Shown: positions 49,091 through 59,689 of the stretch, piece by piece
Position numbering within the stretch: position 1 is the first letter of the stretch
Layout: each line of letters opens with the position of its first letter
Source: an uncultured candidatus Porisulfidus sp.
Lineage (GTDB): Bacteria > Pseudomonadota > Gammaproteobacteria > Poriferisulfidales > Oxydemutatoraceae
Length of the DNA stretch: 64,000 bases
Reading direction: 5' to 3'
Assembly (NCBI GenBank): GCA_965215125.1
Contig: OZ244052.1
Coordinates: 1,280,001-1,344,000, forward strand
Position numbers and translations under genes: made by a program
Notes under the pieces: model-generated
The model's input: only the letters and a program-made list of their open reading frames with translations
The model's database searches: none
Told to the model about the DNA's origin: nothing

Positions 49091-51931
49091 ATGTCATTTA
49101 TCATGTCCGACGACCGCCATCTACGAGCCCGCGTCAAGCTATTAGGCAGGATGCTGGGCGATGTTATTAAGGAAAATAACGATGTGCGTACATTCAACAC
49201 CATAGAAAAGTTGCGCAAGGAATTTATTGGCTTGAGCAAAAAGAAAAACGATAAAAAAGTCCAAAACCTTATTGCCGTAATTGACACCTTAGAACCGGAT
49301 ATGATCTTCACGATTATTCGGGCTTTTTCTACTTATTTTAATTTAGCGAATATCGCCGAGGAGATTAGTCAGTATAAAGGTGTTCACCGACGTCTATCAT
49401 CGGTCGACAAATCCAGCTTAGAGACCGGCATACCCATTGCGGTACTTGCATCACTTAAGGAAACAGGTATTAACGCTGCCGATGTACAGAAACTTTTTAA
49501 CAAACTAAAATATATACCTGTTTTTACCGCGCATCCGACCGAAGCGACGCGGCGCACGATTATGCAACTACAAAAGCGTATCTTTGAGATTGCCGAACAA
49601 ATGGAAAAGAACCTATATAGCAAGGAAGGAAAAGAAGAGAAAGAACATCTATTGCGCAAATTATTTAACGACATACGGGTTTTGTGGAAAACAGAAGAGG
49701 TTCGTCTGAGCAAGCCTAGTGTTGAATTAGAAGTTACCAACGGACTTTATTATTACAAAACCTCCCTATTCGAAACGGTCCCACGAGTATATAGAATGTT
49801 GGAAACCGCAGTTGCCGAAGTTTATTCGGGGGAGGAAATCATAATTCCTAGTTTCATCAATTTCGGTTCGTGGATCGGCGGCGATAGGGACGGTAACCCC
49901 TATGTAACACCGGCGGTGACTATACACACCGTGAAACTACAATCTATGTTAATACTTGAACATTACATAGATTGCGTCGAGCAACTTCTAGGTACTTTGA
50001 CGCACTCAATCAACCTAGTCGACCTTTCCGAGAATTTTATACTCGAGCAACGCAAGGACAAGGAAGAGGGTGTGGTAGCAAAAGCATATAAGGATACCGG
50101 ATATAACTTTGTTAAAGAACCTTATCGTTGTAAATTATCCGTCGTCCTTTACCGGTTACGATGTAAATTGCGATTGATTAAAGGCAAAAGCTCAAGTGCC
50201 GACGATAGAAAGTATGCGTACCGACACGAATACGAAATGCTTGACGATTTAAGGTCAATATCCGAATCCTTATTTCATCACGGTGATCGTATTATTGCCG
50301 AAGCCGAGTTGAAAGACTTAATCCGATTGGTTGAGACTTTCGGTTTTTATCTGGCACGTTTGGATGTTAGAGACGAATCCAAGCAACACGCAATGGCGAT
50401 AACCGAAATAGTAAAACAATGGGGGTGTTCCGACTATTTGTCAATGACTGCGGCACAAAAGGCGGATTATTTAAGCAAGAAAATAGACGAAGATACCGAA
50501 CCGAACATTAGTAAAAGTCGCTTGAGCGATGAAGCAAAACGTATTCTGGAAGTCTTTGAGTGTATGGTAAAAGTGCAGAACGAGATTAGCCCCGAAGCAA
50601 TCGGCAACTATGTCGTATCTATGACGCACAACGCCAGCGATGTATTGGAGGTGATCCTGTTAGCTAAAATGAACGGTTTAGTCGGGAAAAACTCGGATGG
50701 CGATTTTTATTGCAATATCAATGTTTCACCGTTGTTTGAAACGATAGACGACTTATCGCGAACCAAAGACATACTGGAGGATTTATTCGGCAATCCGGTC
50801 TACAACAAACTTTTACAAGTTTCAGATAGCTTACAGGAAATTATGTTAGGTTATTCCGACTCGTGTAAGGACGGCGGTATTCTTGCATCTAAATGGCAAC
50901 TATACCAAGCGCAAAAAAGCATCATCGGTTTGATGATTAAATATAGGATTACTTGCCGCTTGTTTCACGGACGCGGAGGCACTATCGGGCGCGGCGGCGG
51001 ACCGACTTATGAAGCAATTACCTCACAACCCCCCGGCACGGTGAACGGCCAAATTAAAATTACCGAGCAGGGCGAGGTGTTGTCTTATAAATATAACAAA
51101 CGGGAAGCTGCGGTTTATCATTTATCTACCGCAATCGCCGGATTAATCAATGCGAGTCAGCATCTAGCGAGATCACATTCCTTTGATCTTTCGTCCAGGC
51201 CTAGAGACGAGCAGGAACATCTGGAAATCATGTCTCGAATATGCGAATCGGGTGAGCGTTATTATCGTGATCTTATCGATAGTACCGAAGGTATAATGGA
51301 TTATTTTTACGAAGCGACACCGGTTGTTGAAATCGGGCAAATGAATATCGGGTCTCGCCCCACGCATCGTCGCACTGCCGATAGGTCGCGTCAATCTATA
51401 CGCGCAATACCTTGGGTATTCGGTTGGTCTTTATCTCGCCATACTCTTCCGGCTTGGTTCGGAATCGGTAGCGCACTGGAAGATTTTGTAGCAGGCCAAG
51501 CCAAGAATATGGAAAAACTAACAAGCCTATATAGAGAATGGCCTTTTTTCCATAGCTTGATGGAAAATGTGCAGATGGCATTGGCCAAAGCTAATATGGA
51601 TATTGCCGAGGAATATGCAAACCTATGTTCCGACCAAGAAAATGCTATGCGAATATTTAAGACTATTGAAGCCGAGTATCACAAAACGGTCGATCATGTA
51701 TTGCGAGTTAGTGGTTGTAGACAATTATTGGAACATCAACCTTCTCTGATGCTTTCGCTGCAAAGGCGAGAACCTTATATACGTCCTATTAATTACATAC
51801 AGATTATGTTGCTTAAAAAGTATCGCCGCACGCAACAGCACGCCGAAGCACACAGTGAGGAAAACGAATACCTAGAACTCGTACTGCGCTCCATCAGTGC
51901 AATCGCATCGGGTATGCGCAATACCGGCTAA
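49091..51931 (+). CDS. ppc: Phosphoenolpyruvate carboxylase
   Basis: FTAHPTEA, GGDRDGNP, GYSDSCKDGG, RAIPWVF and C-terminal MRNTG motifs. Confidence 0.98.
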   Translation: MSFIMSDDRHLRARVKLLGRMLGDVIKENNDVRTFNTIEKLRKEFIGLSKKKNDKKVQNLIAVIDTLEPDMIFTIIRAFSTYFNLANIAEEISQYKGVHRRLSSVDKSSLETGIPIAVLASLKETGINAADVQKLFNKLKYIPVFTAHPTEATRRTIMQLQKRIFEIAEQMEKNLYSKEGKEEKEHLLRKLFNDIRVLWKTEEVRLSKPSVELEVTNGLYYYKTSLFETVPRVYRMLETAVAEVYSGEEIIIPSFINFGSWIGGDRDGNPYVTPAVTIHTVKLQSMLILEHYIDCVEQLLGTLTHSINLVDLSENFILEQRKDKEEGVVAKAYKDTGYNFVKEPYRCKLSVVLYRLRCKLRLIKGKSSSADDRKYAYRHEYEMLDDLRSISESLFHHGDRIIAEAELKDLIRLVETFGFYLARLDVRDESKQHAMAITEIVKQWGCSDYLSMTAAQKADYLSKKIDEDTEPNISKSRLSDEAKRILEVFECMVKVQNEISPEAIGNYVVSMTHNASDVLEVILLAKMNGLVGKNSDGDFYCNINVSPLFETIDDLSRTKDILEDLFGNPVYNKLLQVSDSLQEIMLGYSDSCKDGGILASKWQLYQAQKSIIGLMIKYRITCRLFHGRGGTIGRGGGPTYEAITSQPPGTVNGQIKITEQGEVLSYKYNKREAAVYHLSTAIAGLINASQHLARSHSFDLSSRPRDEQEHLEIMSRICESGERYYRDLIDSTEGIMDYFYEATPVVEIGQMNIGSRPTHRRTADRSRQSIRAIPWVFGWSLSRHTLPAWFGIGSALEDFVAGQAKNMEKLTSLYREWPFFHSLMENVQMALAKANMDIAEEYANLCSDQENAMRIFKTIEAEYHKTVDHVLRVSGCRQLLEHQPSLMLSLQRREPYIRPINYIQIMLLKKYRRTQQHAEAHSEENEYLELVLRSISAIASGMRNTG

Positions 51932-51943
51932 GTAAATGATATT

Positions 51944-52354
51944 TTAATCGGGCATTGCCGATAAATGCGGATATGTAATGTCGGAGTTGATTTTGATAAT
52001 CCGATTATCTTTGTCCAAGTAGACCAATATCGGCTTGTGTGTTTCCGCTTCGGCTTCGGATAAATGCGCGTAGGCGCATATAATAATTCGGTCGCCTACT
52101 ATGCCGCGATAAGCAGCGGCACCGTTTAGAGAAACTGTGCGACTACCGGCTTCCGCCTTAATCACATAAGTTGTAAAACGATCTCCGTTGCGCAGATTAT
52201 AAATTGCTATTTGTTGGTACTCGCGAATACCTGTAGTCGACATGAGTTCGGCATCCAAAGCACAAGAACCGTCGTATTCAACTTCGGTTTGTGTGACGCA
52301 AGCTCGGTGTAATTTACTTTGCAGAAAAGTTAATTCCATATTCGGGTACCCCAT
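51944..52354 (-). CDS. panD: Aspartate 1-decarboxylase
   Basis: SKLHRA, YDGSC, RFTTY and NGAAA motifs. Confidence 0.97.
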   Translation of the reverse strand: MGYPNMELTFLQSKLHRACVTQTEVEYDGSCALDAELMSTTGIREYQQIAIYNLRNGDRFTTYVIKAEAGSRTVSLNGAAAYRGIVGDRIIICAYAHLSEAEAETHKPILVYLDKDNRIIKINSDITYPHLSAMPD

Positions 52355-52391
52355 AAGTGCGTTTATTCTAACAGATAGTAGAATCTATAAC

Positions 52392-52468
52392 CGGTAGCGG
52401 GGGCAGGATTTGAACCTGCGACCTTCGGGTTATGAGCCCGACGAGCTTCCAGACTGCTCCACCCCGCA
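52392..52468 (-). tRNA. Initiator tRNA-fMet (CAT)
   Basis: TGCGGGGTGGAGCAG..TCGGGCTCATAACCCGA..GGTTCAAATCC, with three anticodon-stem G:C pairs and a 1:72 mismatch. The 3' end is encoded as CCG. Confidence 0.97.
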
Positions 52469-52538
52469 TCGGTAAATAGAAATGCATTCTATCATATAAT
52501 GTGGCATTCCCCTCGTGTGGAGGGGTGGTTCGCAAATG

Positions 52539-53468
52539 TTATTGGCTTGCGTGATAGGAGGAGCGCACCAAAGGCCCGCTTTGCACCCGTTTGAAGCCCA
52601 TCGCATAACCTAATTCTTCTAAATCTTTGAATTCACTCGGGCTTAAATAGCGTTGCACCGGCCAATAGCCTGAACCGGGTTGCAGATACTGCCCTAATGT
52701 AAGATGGTCTACGCGATGAGCGATTAAATCATACATAACGGTTTTTATTTCGGACAAGTGCTCTCCGAGTCCGAGCATCAAACCCGACTTGGTCGGGATA
52801 TCGGGGAAGCGGATCTTATGTGTGCGCAATAGATTCAGAGAACCATCGTAATCGGCTCCGCGGCGCACATCCCTATAGAGGCGCGGCACCGTCTCTAAGT
52901 TATGGTTAAAAACATCGCAGGGTGCTTTGCTCAGTGCCGAGAGCGCGTGGTCTACGCGTCCTCTAAAATCGGGTACCAGTATTTCTATTTTGATATGTTT
53001 GACTTTTTGCCTGATTGTAGAGATGCAAGAGACGAAATGACTTGCACCGCGATCGTCAAGATCGTCTCTGTCTACCGAAGTGATGACGACATAATCTAAA
53101 TTTAAGTCGGCAATCAGTTGTGCTAGGCGATGAGGCTCTTCGGGATCGGGTGGCGAAGGACGACCATGTGCAACATCGCAAAACGCACATCGTCGGGTGC
53201 AAATATCTCCTAAGATCATGAATGTCGCCGTAGATTGTGCAAAACATTCAATGAGATTGGGGCACTTTGCTTCCTCACACACAGTATGCAGTTTTCGTTT
53301 TCTTATCAGGGTGCGCATCGCATCGATGCGCGGGTTATTGTGCAACTTGATGCGCAACCAGGACGGCTTTTGTTTGACAGCTTGCGGCTGGACGGAGGCG
53401 ATATAGCGAGCGGGTATTTTATCAATGCCGCGGCGATGGGTTTTCGGTTCAAGACGAGAAGGAATCAT
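52539..53468 (-). CDS. lipA: Lipoyl synthase
   Basis: [20 protein letters not shown] and RSSYHA motifs. Confidence 0.98.
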   Translation of the reverse strand: MIPSRLEPKTHRRGIDKIPARYIASVQPQAVKQKPSWLRIKLHNNPRIDAMRTLIRKRKLHTVCEEAKCPNLIECFAQSTATFMILGDICTRRCAFCDVAHGRPSPPDPEEPHRLAQLIADLNLDYVVITSVDRDDLDDRGASHFVSCISTIRQKVKHIKIEILVPDFRGRVDHALSALSKAPCDVFNHNLETVPRLYRDVRRGADYDGSLNLLRTHKIRFPDIPTKSGLMLGLGEHLSEIKTVMYDLIAHRVDHLTLGQYLQPGSGYWPVQRYLSPSEFKDLEELGYAMGFKRVQSGPLVRSSYHASQ

Positions 53469-54112
53469 GGCTTTGATAGTTCACGATTTAACTCTTGTGC
53501 CAAGATGTCGGCTAATTGATAGCACACATCCGATATGTTTGCTCGAACACCATAATCCGATATTTGGGTCATTTTGATTCCTGCAAGCCCGCACGGAACG
53601 ATTGAGTCAAACGGCATTAAATCCATATCTACGTTGAGTGCGATCCCATGATAGCAACAGCCTTTATAGACGCATAAACCTAAGGAGGCAATTTTTGCTT
53701 TTGATACATACAGTCCCGGTGCACCACGAATACGCTCTGCTGTAATGCCGTAGCGCGCCAGCAAGATAATAACGGATTCTTCCAGTATGTTGATATAGGT
53801 TCTTAATGCGATACGCATGCGCCTTAAATCGAGCAGAGTATACAAGATTGCCTGACCGGGCCCGTGATAACTCGTCAACCCACCCCGATCGCTGTATACC
53901 ACAGGGATGGGATGATTACTCTTCATCGAATCCGATTTTGTTTGTCGCCGACCTTGGGTGTAGACAGGTTCGTGTTCCAATAACCAGAATTGATCGCAGC
54001 TTTGTGCATTGCGGTTATGCGTATACCGACGCATCTCTCGGTAAATAACGTTATATTCGCATCGCCCCCGATAGAGGTAATCAAAGTCTGGAGCATTATT
54101 AATAGTCATCAT
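53465..54112 (-). CDS. lipB: Octanoyltransferase
   Basis: [22 protein letters not shown] and PCG motifs. Confidence 0.97.
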   Translation of the reverse strand: MMTINNAPDFDYLYRGRCEYNVIYREMRRYTHNRNAQSCDQFWLLEHEPVYTQGRRQTKSDSMKSNHPIPVVYSDRGGLTSYHGPGQAILYTLLDLRRMRIALRTYINILEESVIILLARYGITAERIRGAPGLYVSKAKIASLGLCVYKGCCYHGIALNVDMDLMPFDSIVPCGLAGIKMTQISDYGVRANISDVCYQLADILAQELNRELSKP

Positions 54113-54177
54113 TACATATTAAACTATTAAACGGGGTTTTGCTCCAAAATGTCTGCTGCTCACCCGTAGGAGGCGGT

Positions 54178-54301
54178 ATTCCTCTCCTGTGGAGGGATGT
54201 CAGCGAAACCTGCCGGGTGGTTGCGTTGTATCTGCATGAGTATAGTGCCGGTACATTCCCCTCCTCTGGAGGGGTGGCAGGCGTAGCCTGACGGGGTGGT
54301 T
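54178..54301. repeat. REP-like repeat family A, two copies
   Basis: attcccctcctctggaggggtggcaggcgtagcctgacggggtggtt and a degenerate upstream copy. Partial copies occur near 35975 and 52506. Confidence 0.8.
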
Positions 54302-54776
54302 GTCAAATATGGAAACCATAATCGGGCGGCGCAAAGCGATTGGGTTCTTGCAAAACGGGACTTTTTCAACAGCCCTAGAAGTGTCTGCACAACGTTACGC
54401 CGATTGACCTACTGTCTCAATCGGCAGGTATTGCATTTTGTAATGTATGCATTATCCAATGGTTGGGGTTCCGCACAACAAATTTAAAGTATATTTAATC
54501 AATTTTTCAGTATAATGATGAACACTCAAGTAGATTTACAGTACCTAGGAAGTCGGAGGTGACACGCCGCAGACAACTTTGGCATTAAAGCCCGTATATC
54601 ATATTAGGTTTAAAGCACCAGAGTTTATGATATAAAACTTAGCGAGACCTCCGGCGTTTCTTATTGCCAAGATTCAATTTGCACTAGTGCAGTACTTACT
54701 CGTCGCAAAATAGGATACAATACACGCCATAGTAAGATTATTAAAGAAACTATATTAAAGAATTAGGAGAGATTGT

Positions 54777-54854
54777 ATGACTTTATATCGTGTAGTAGCA
54801 GCGGTTGTCGGCTTGGCTTTGATGATAGCTGCCTATCTTTTAGCACAGCAATAA
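54777..54854 (+). CDS. Small 25-aa single-TM peptide
   Basis: MTLYRVVAAVVGLALMIAAYLLAQQ*, preceded by SD aggaga. Not in the ORF track. Confidence 0.5.
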   Translation: MTLYRVVAAVVGLALMIAAYLLAQQ

Positions 54855-54884
54855 TTCTTACACTATTAAAGATAAAGCGAAGAC

Positions 54885-55529
54885 GTGCGGTTAATTATCA
54901 AACACCCACGGTGCTTGTTGCTATGTGTACTGCTGGTTCTGGTTAGGGCTGCGGGCGCAGAGTCCGTTGTCGTCTCGGAGCAGGCAACGGTTCAAAACGA
55001 CACTATGGAGGTGCTTTTCGTAGCTAAAGTACTCAGTGGTTCCCCCGAGTCTGCAATACTGGATGTAGAGACGCTAACGGACTGGGCTTTTTCTTATCAA
55101 AGTAGCTATCCCGAAGTAGCTATGTTGCAAGCAACGCCGCAAAGGGCGCAATACTACGACCCGAAGAAACGGTTACAGGAATGGTCGGCATCGCAAGAAA
55201 TCAAGCTCAAGAGTGAAAATCTAGAAGAGATACGCGCGCTAACGAGCGAGTTACTGGATAGGTTGGATCCGGTGAGGGTACAGTTTCTTTTATCCGAGAG
55301 GGAGCGTGCGAAGATAGAGAAGATATTGCTGGCTAAGGTTTTGCAACGCTATGAAGATAAATCCGCTGCGCTTTCGGTTAAGCCGCAACACTATATCAGA
55401 ATCACTGCAAACAATCTCGCAAATGATACCAGCAGTGCGTTATCCAAGACTCTTTTAGAGGCGAGGTCTCTGGATGTGAACTTCCAACCGGGGTTCAGCA
55501 TTATCAAAGTAGAACTGGTCGGTATCTAG
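54885..55529 (+). CDS. Exported protein, weakly SIMPL/DUF541-like
   Basis: Signal peptide, VQNDTM, WSASQEIKL and VQFLLSE..R patterns. Confidence 0.5.
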   Translation: MRLIIKHPRCLLLCVLLVLVRAAGAESVVVSEQATVQNDTMEVLFVAKVLSGSPESAILDVETLTDWAFSYQSSYPEVAMLQATPQRAQYYDPKKRLQEWSASQEIKLKSENLEEIRALTSELLDRLDPVRVQFLLSERERAKIEKILLAKVLQRYEDKSAALSVKPQHYIRITANNLANDTSSALSKTLLEARSLDVNFQPGFSIIKVELVGI

Positions 55530-55613
55530 TTTTTTAACCGTTCATCGCTTATATAGGTCGTTTGGTACCGAATGTGTTGCCATACGCAACTGACCGATTA
55601 AACTTTAATCGCT

Positions 55614-56537
55614 ATGAAAGCGATAAAACGACAAATCTCAACACGTGGTTTCACATTAATAGAACTATTGCTGACATTGGCATTGGGTGCCTTTGTCGTT
55701 GCAACCTCCGTTGCGTTATATCAATACATCAAAGATGCCTACATAGACAGCGGCAAACGATTATTAACCACCGAGAGGCTGATTGTATCGCAGCGTATAT
55801 TTAAGGAAGCCTTAGCGGGTTCCATTGAAAGTTGCAACACCGCACCTGTCCGGTTGAGCTTGGTTAATAGTTCGCAAATTTGGCTGCAGGCGAGAAAATC
55901 GGCAGCGGAAGTTTACTCCGCTCATAGCACTATCGGGGACTTAAAAAAGATCGGCAATCAGATCGGCGAGCGCGAAGCCACCAGCGATGTATTGTTACTG
56001 AGTCCTGCGGTATTGCCTGCTACTCCGATTATGCTACACGATGTGGGAAACGATAAATTTGTCGTCCAAGACAGCATCGGTTTGACTCGCGGCGGACTGG
56101 CGGTTGTTTGTGATGAGAATGCCGCAATCATTTTTCAAGTGGCTTATACAACCGGTCGCCACATACATTATGCGGGTAGCGGTATTGCTCCCGGCAATTG
56201 TCCGAGTGCATTCACCTCCGAGCAATGCGGCGGCAATTATCGTTTTGATAAAAATGCGTTGTTGGCACACTACGCACCGTCGCTCTTTTATATTGCGCAC
56301 GGTCACGCAGGGTTGGCATTGTATCAACAAAAGCCGATTATTTTTCGTCAAAGTCATAATCGGCGTTTATCAATACGCGCTCGGGAGATTGTCTCGGGCA
56401 TTATACAACTGCAAGCTACAACGAACCGTACGGATGCCGGCCACGGCACCGGACTAGTTGTGCAGCTTACGGTTGCAGGCGATGCCAATACAAACCACCG
56501 GTATCATGAGAAACACCTGTATACCCTACCGCTTTAG
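55614..56537 (+). CDS. Type IV pilus minor pilin PilW-like
   Basis: GFTLIELL prepilin site, Cys pairs and EIVSGIIQLQ. Confidence 0.75.
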   Translation: MKAIKRQISTRGFTLIELLLTLALGAFVVATSVALYQYIKDAYIDSGKRLLTTERLIVSQRIFKEALAGSIESCNTAPVRLSLVNSSQIWLQARKSAAEVYSAHSTIGDLKKIGNQIGEREATSDVLLLSPAVLPATPIMLHDVGNDKFVVQDSIGLTRGGLAVVCDENAAIIFQVAYTTGRHIHYAGSGIAPGNCPSAFTSEQCGGNYRFDKNALLAHYAPSLFYIAHGHAGLALYQQKPIIFRQSHNRRLSIRAREIVSGIIQLQATTNRTDAGHGTGLVVQLTVAGDANTNHRYHEKHLYTLPL

Positions 56538-57186
56538 GAGGCGAAACTGCGGCGCGATTTTGGTGCTGATGTTGGTGTTGGCAGGGCTGATCAGTTTGTT
56601 GGCAACGAGTAATCTCGAGCGTAGCAAATACCGCACCTTGCTCAATGATGCAATGGCAACCCGCGCGCAAGTTGACGATGTGTTGATGCACACCTTGCAA
56701 CACGGGCTTGTTCATATAAACGAGCGATTGAGAAGAGAAGATTTTAATGTTGCACAACGCGGTCTGTACGAAACCGTTATGCCCGAGCGATTGGAAAGCG
56801 ATTATCGCCGGTTTGCTCGTCCGGTGCCAAGCCCAATTTCAGGTATGGACACCGGCTATTGGATAGAACTATTTTCCGAAGGCTCTTTCATTCAAACTGC
56901 GCCAAGTAGATTCTATTTAAGTTGTAGTCTGTTGATCAGTACTTATGCACAAAGCTCCGATATGCCTACGTTATTTTCACAGGCACTGGTTGAGACTACG
57001 CTACCTACTTTAAGTGTGCCGACGACGGATACGAATGTAATCAAACTTGGCACCTTACCCGAGACCAAAGTTATTGCAACTAAAACCTTGTACAATGCCA
57101 GATACATATTGGACTCTTTAGAACCTAATCTTTCCACTAGGAAAAGTACTTTTCCTAGTGGAAAAATACCTCTTAAATCAAAGTAG
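56506..57186 (+). CDS. Type IV pilus minor pilin PilX-like
   Basis: GAILVLMLVL (no Glu5). Lies between pilW and pilE. Confidence 0.65.
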   Translation: MRNTCIPYRFRRRNCGAILVLMLVLAGLISLLATSNLERSKYRTLLNDAMATRAQVDDVLMHTLQHGLVHINERLRREDFNVAQRGLYETVMPERLESDYRRFARPVPSPISGMDTGYWIELFSEGSFIQTAPSRFYLSCSLLISTYAQSSDMPTLFSQALVETTLPTLSVPTTDTNVIKLGTLPETKVIATKTLYNARYILDSLEPNLSTRKSTFPSGKIPLKSK

Positions 57187-57191
57187 CCGAC

Positions 57192-57572
57192 ATGATGCAA
57201 AGAGGATTTACCTTATTAGAGCTCATCGTGGCAATTGCGATTTTCGGGCTGTTACTTACGATTGCACTGCCTAACTATCATCGTCACGGCGAGAAACTTG
57301 CAATTATCGATGCCAAACATAAGCTAGTGGAAATAATGCACTTAGAAAATAAATATTTTTCCGAACATGCCACCTATACCGTCGGTATCACATCGGACTT
57401 AGGTGTGGGAAGCTCCGCCTCCGACAGGGGCGATTATCAAATTGTTGCGAATGCCTGCGGTGTTGGAATACATCAATGTGTAGAACTCAAAGCCGTTGCA
57501 GTAAAGGGAGACAAGCCGGAGTTAGTGATAGATTCTTTAGGCAACAGACACCCGGAGGTATTATGGAAATAA
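57192..57572 (+). CDS. pilE: Type IV minor pilin PilE-like
   Basis: GFTLLELIV..IALPNY and ENKYFSEHATY motifs. Confidence 0.8.
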   Translation: MMQRGFTLLELIVAIAIFGLLLTIALPNYHRHGEKLAIIDAKHKLVEIMHLENKYFSEHATYTVGITSDLGVGSSASDRGDYQIVANACGVGIHQCVELKAVAVKGDKPELVIDSLGNRHPEVLWK

Positions 57573-57628
57573 CGATAGATTGAACCGGAACCGCAATGTA
57601 ACCGACATATATAGGGGCAGAATAGAGC

Positions 57629-57811
57629 CGCCGATTGAGCCAGTAGGTCAATCAGCCATATAAAGTCGCCGATTGAGCCAGTAGGTCAATCAGCCATATA
57701 AAGTCGCCGATTGAGCCAGTAGGTCAATCAGCCATATAAAGTCGCCGATTGAGCCAGTAGGTCAATCAGCCATATAAAGTCGCCGATTGAGCCAGTAGGT
57801 CAATCAGCCAT
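57629..57811. repeat. 38-bp tandem repeat x4 plus a 31-nt partial unit (palindromic REP-like family B)
   Basis: Identical units cgccgattgagccagtaggtcaatcagccatataaagt. Confidence 0.95.
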
Positions 57812-57824
57812 TATGACTCCGCCC

Positions 57825-58805
57825 TTAAACTGCGCGTTTTGTAACGAATCGGCTCAGCATAGCGAGTGAGTCTTTATAAGGAGACGGAGGTATCGATTCT
57901 AGACTTCGGTATGCTTGCTCGGCATAATGTCGCGCTTGATTTTGGACATAAGCGAGTGCCCCGATTGTCTCTAGTAATTCTCGTACTTGTGCAACAGCCT
58001 CGCCGTTGCACAAGGTTGATTCCAAAAACTTGATTTGAGAGGCATCTCCGTTTTCAAACGCATATATCAACGGTAGTGTGAGTTTCCCTTCGGCTAAATC
58101 TTGCCCCCAGTTTTTATCGGTATTTTGGTTATAGTCTATGAGATCGTCCACTAGTTGAAAAGCGAGCCCTAAATTTAATCCGTAAGAGGTCATTGCTTCT
58201 GCAATCTCAGGTTCCCGCTCGCTAAGCATCGCACCCGTTCGGCACGCCACTTTGAACAAAGTTGCCGTTTTGCGCGTGATGATTTCCATATAGATAGCCT
58301 CGCTAAGATCCCTGCGATTTAAGTTGATAAGTTGCTGCACTTCTCCTTCGGAAATCGTGTTGGTCGCATCCGAAATGTCTTTTGATATGGCGGCACAATT
58401 GATACCGTATAGAATCTGGAAAGCCCGAGAATAGAGAAAATCACCGACCAGCACGCTTGCACTATTACCCCATAGTGCTTTTACGGTTTTTTTACCGCGC
58501 CTGAGCGACGCATCGTCAACCACATCGTCATGTAGCAAAGTTGCGGTATGAATAAATTCAACGACGGTAGCTAATGCGATGTGGTCGTTTTTTTCCGAAC
58601 GATAACCGCTTGCCAATGCCGACAATAACACCAGTATCGGGCGTATTCGCTTACCTCCCGCACCGATGAGATGATTACTGAGCTCAATAATGTACGACAA
58701 ATTGGAGTCCAGTCGTCTTTCTATTAGTTGTTCTAGTTTGCTTAGTTCATTCGCAATCGGGGTAGTTATTTTCTCGGGTGTTTTCGTCATCGGTGTTCGT
58801 TTCAT
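57825..58805 (-). CDS. ispB: Octaprenyl-diphosphate synthase
   Basis: GGKRIRP, LLHDDVVD, FQLVDD and DLAEGK motifs. Confidence 0.93.
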   Translation of the reverse strand: MKRTPMTKTPEKITTPIANELSKLEQLIERRLDSNLSYIIELSNHLIGAGGKRIRPILVLLSALASGYRSEKNDHIALATVVEFIHTATLLHDDVVDDASLRRGKKTVKALWGNSASVLVGDFLYSRAFQILYGINCAAISKDISDATNTISEGEVQQLINLNRRDLSEAIYMEIITRKTATLFKVACRTGAMLSEREPEIAEAMTSYGLNLGLAFQLVDDLIDYNQNTDKNWGQDLAEGKLTLPLIYAFENGDASQIKFLESTLCNGEAVAQVRELLETIGALAYVQNQARHYAEQAYRSLESIPPSPYKDSLAMLSRFVTKRAV

Positions 58806-58956
58806 TAAGTGTATCGGTTTTCAATAATGTCTAATACGCGGTGATTACTCTATCAAAATATTATTATAGCTTTATATTCTGTTTTTGATTTTCGGTGTAT
58901 AATCTGCCGCATAGTCAGACTGTCATACACAGAATTACTTTTAATCAAAATTAATA

Positions 58957-59688
58957 ATGTCGGATAATAATAAACGCCCGAGTGGACGAGCCTGTGACAG
59001 GTTACGTAACATTAGATTTGAGAGGCATTATACCCGCTATGGTGAAGGCTCGGTGTTGAGTTCTTTTGGTGATACTAAAGTGATATGCACTGTGAGCATA
59101 GATGACAAAGTACCCAAGTTTCTTAAAGGCAAAAATCAAGGATGGTTGACGGCAGAATATAGCATGCTACCGCGAGCGACCGACGAGCGCAATACCCGCG
59201 AATCCATCAATGGAAAGTTAAAGGGGCGTACTCATGAGATACAAAGAATGATCGGACGTTCGCTCCGTGCATGTCTGAATATGAAGGCCTTTGGCGAACG
59301 TACAATTTTAATAGATTGCGATGTTATACAAGCCGACGGTGGCACGCGTACGGCAGCTATCTGCGGTGCTTATGTTGCACTATGCGATGCGATCGCGTAT
59401 ATGTTGAAACATCGGAAAATAACCGAAAACCCTATACATAGTATGGTTGCTGCGGTCTCCGTGGGGATCTATAAAGGCCTGAAAGTATTAGACCTTGATT
59501 ACAGAGAGGATGCCAACGCCGAGACCGATATGAATTTGGTGATGAACGAAGCAGGTCATTTTATAGAGATACAAGGTACTGCCGAAGGACATGCGCTACG
59601 CCTCGATGAACTGCACGAACTATTAGATCTGGGGCAGTCGGGTATACAAAAGATACTTGAATTACAAAAACACAGCCTTTCGTCATAA
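58957..59688 (+). CDS. rph: Ribonuclease PH
   Basis: [14 protein letters not shown] and [14 protein letters not shown] motifs. Confidence 0.98.
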   Translation: MSDNNKRPSGRACDRLRNIRFERHYTRYGEGSVLSSFGDTKVICTVSIDDKVPKFLKGKNQGWLTAEYSMLPRATDERNTRESINGKLKGRTHEIQRMIGRSLRACLNMKAFGERTILIDCDVIQADGGTRTAAICGAYVALCDAIAYMLKHRKITENPIHSMVAAVSVGIYKGLKVLDLDYREDANAETDMNLVMNEAGHFIEIQGTAEGHALRLDELHELLDLGQSGIQKILELQKHSLSS

Positions 59689-59689
59689 G

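Noticed and set aside
54547-54661. 6S RNA
   Set aside because: It is shorter than expected, not in the usual zapA-ygfA context, and I could not recognise the conserved motifs. It is kept only as an unnamed candidate.
57629-57811. CRISPR array
   Set aside because: The units are fully identical with no unique spacers, and no cas genes are nearby.
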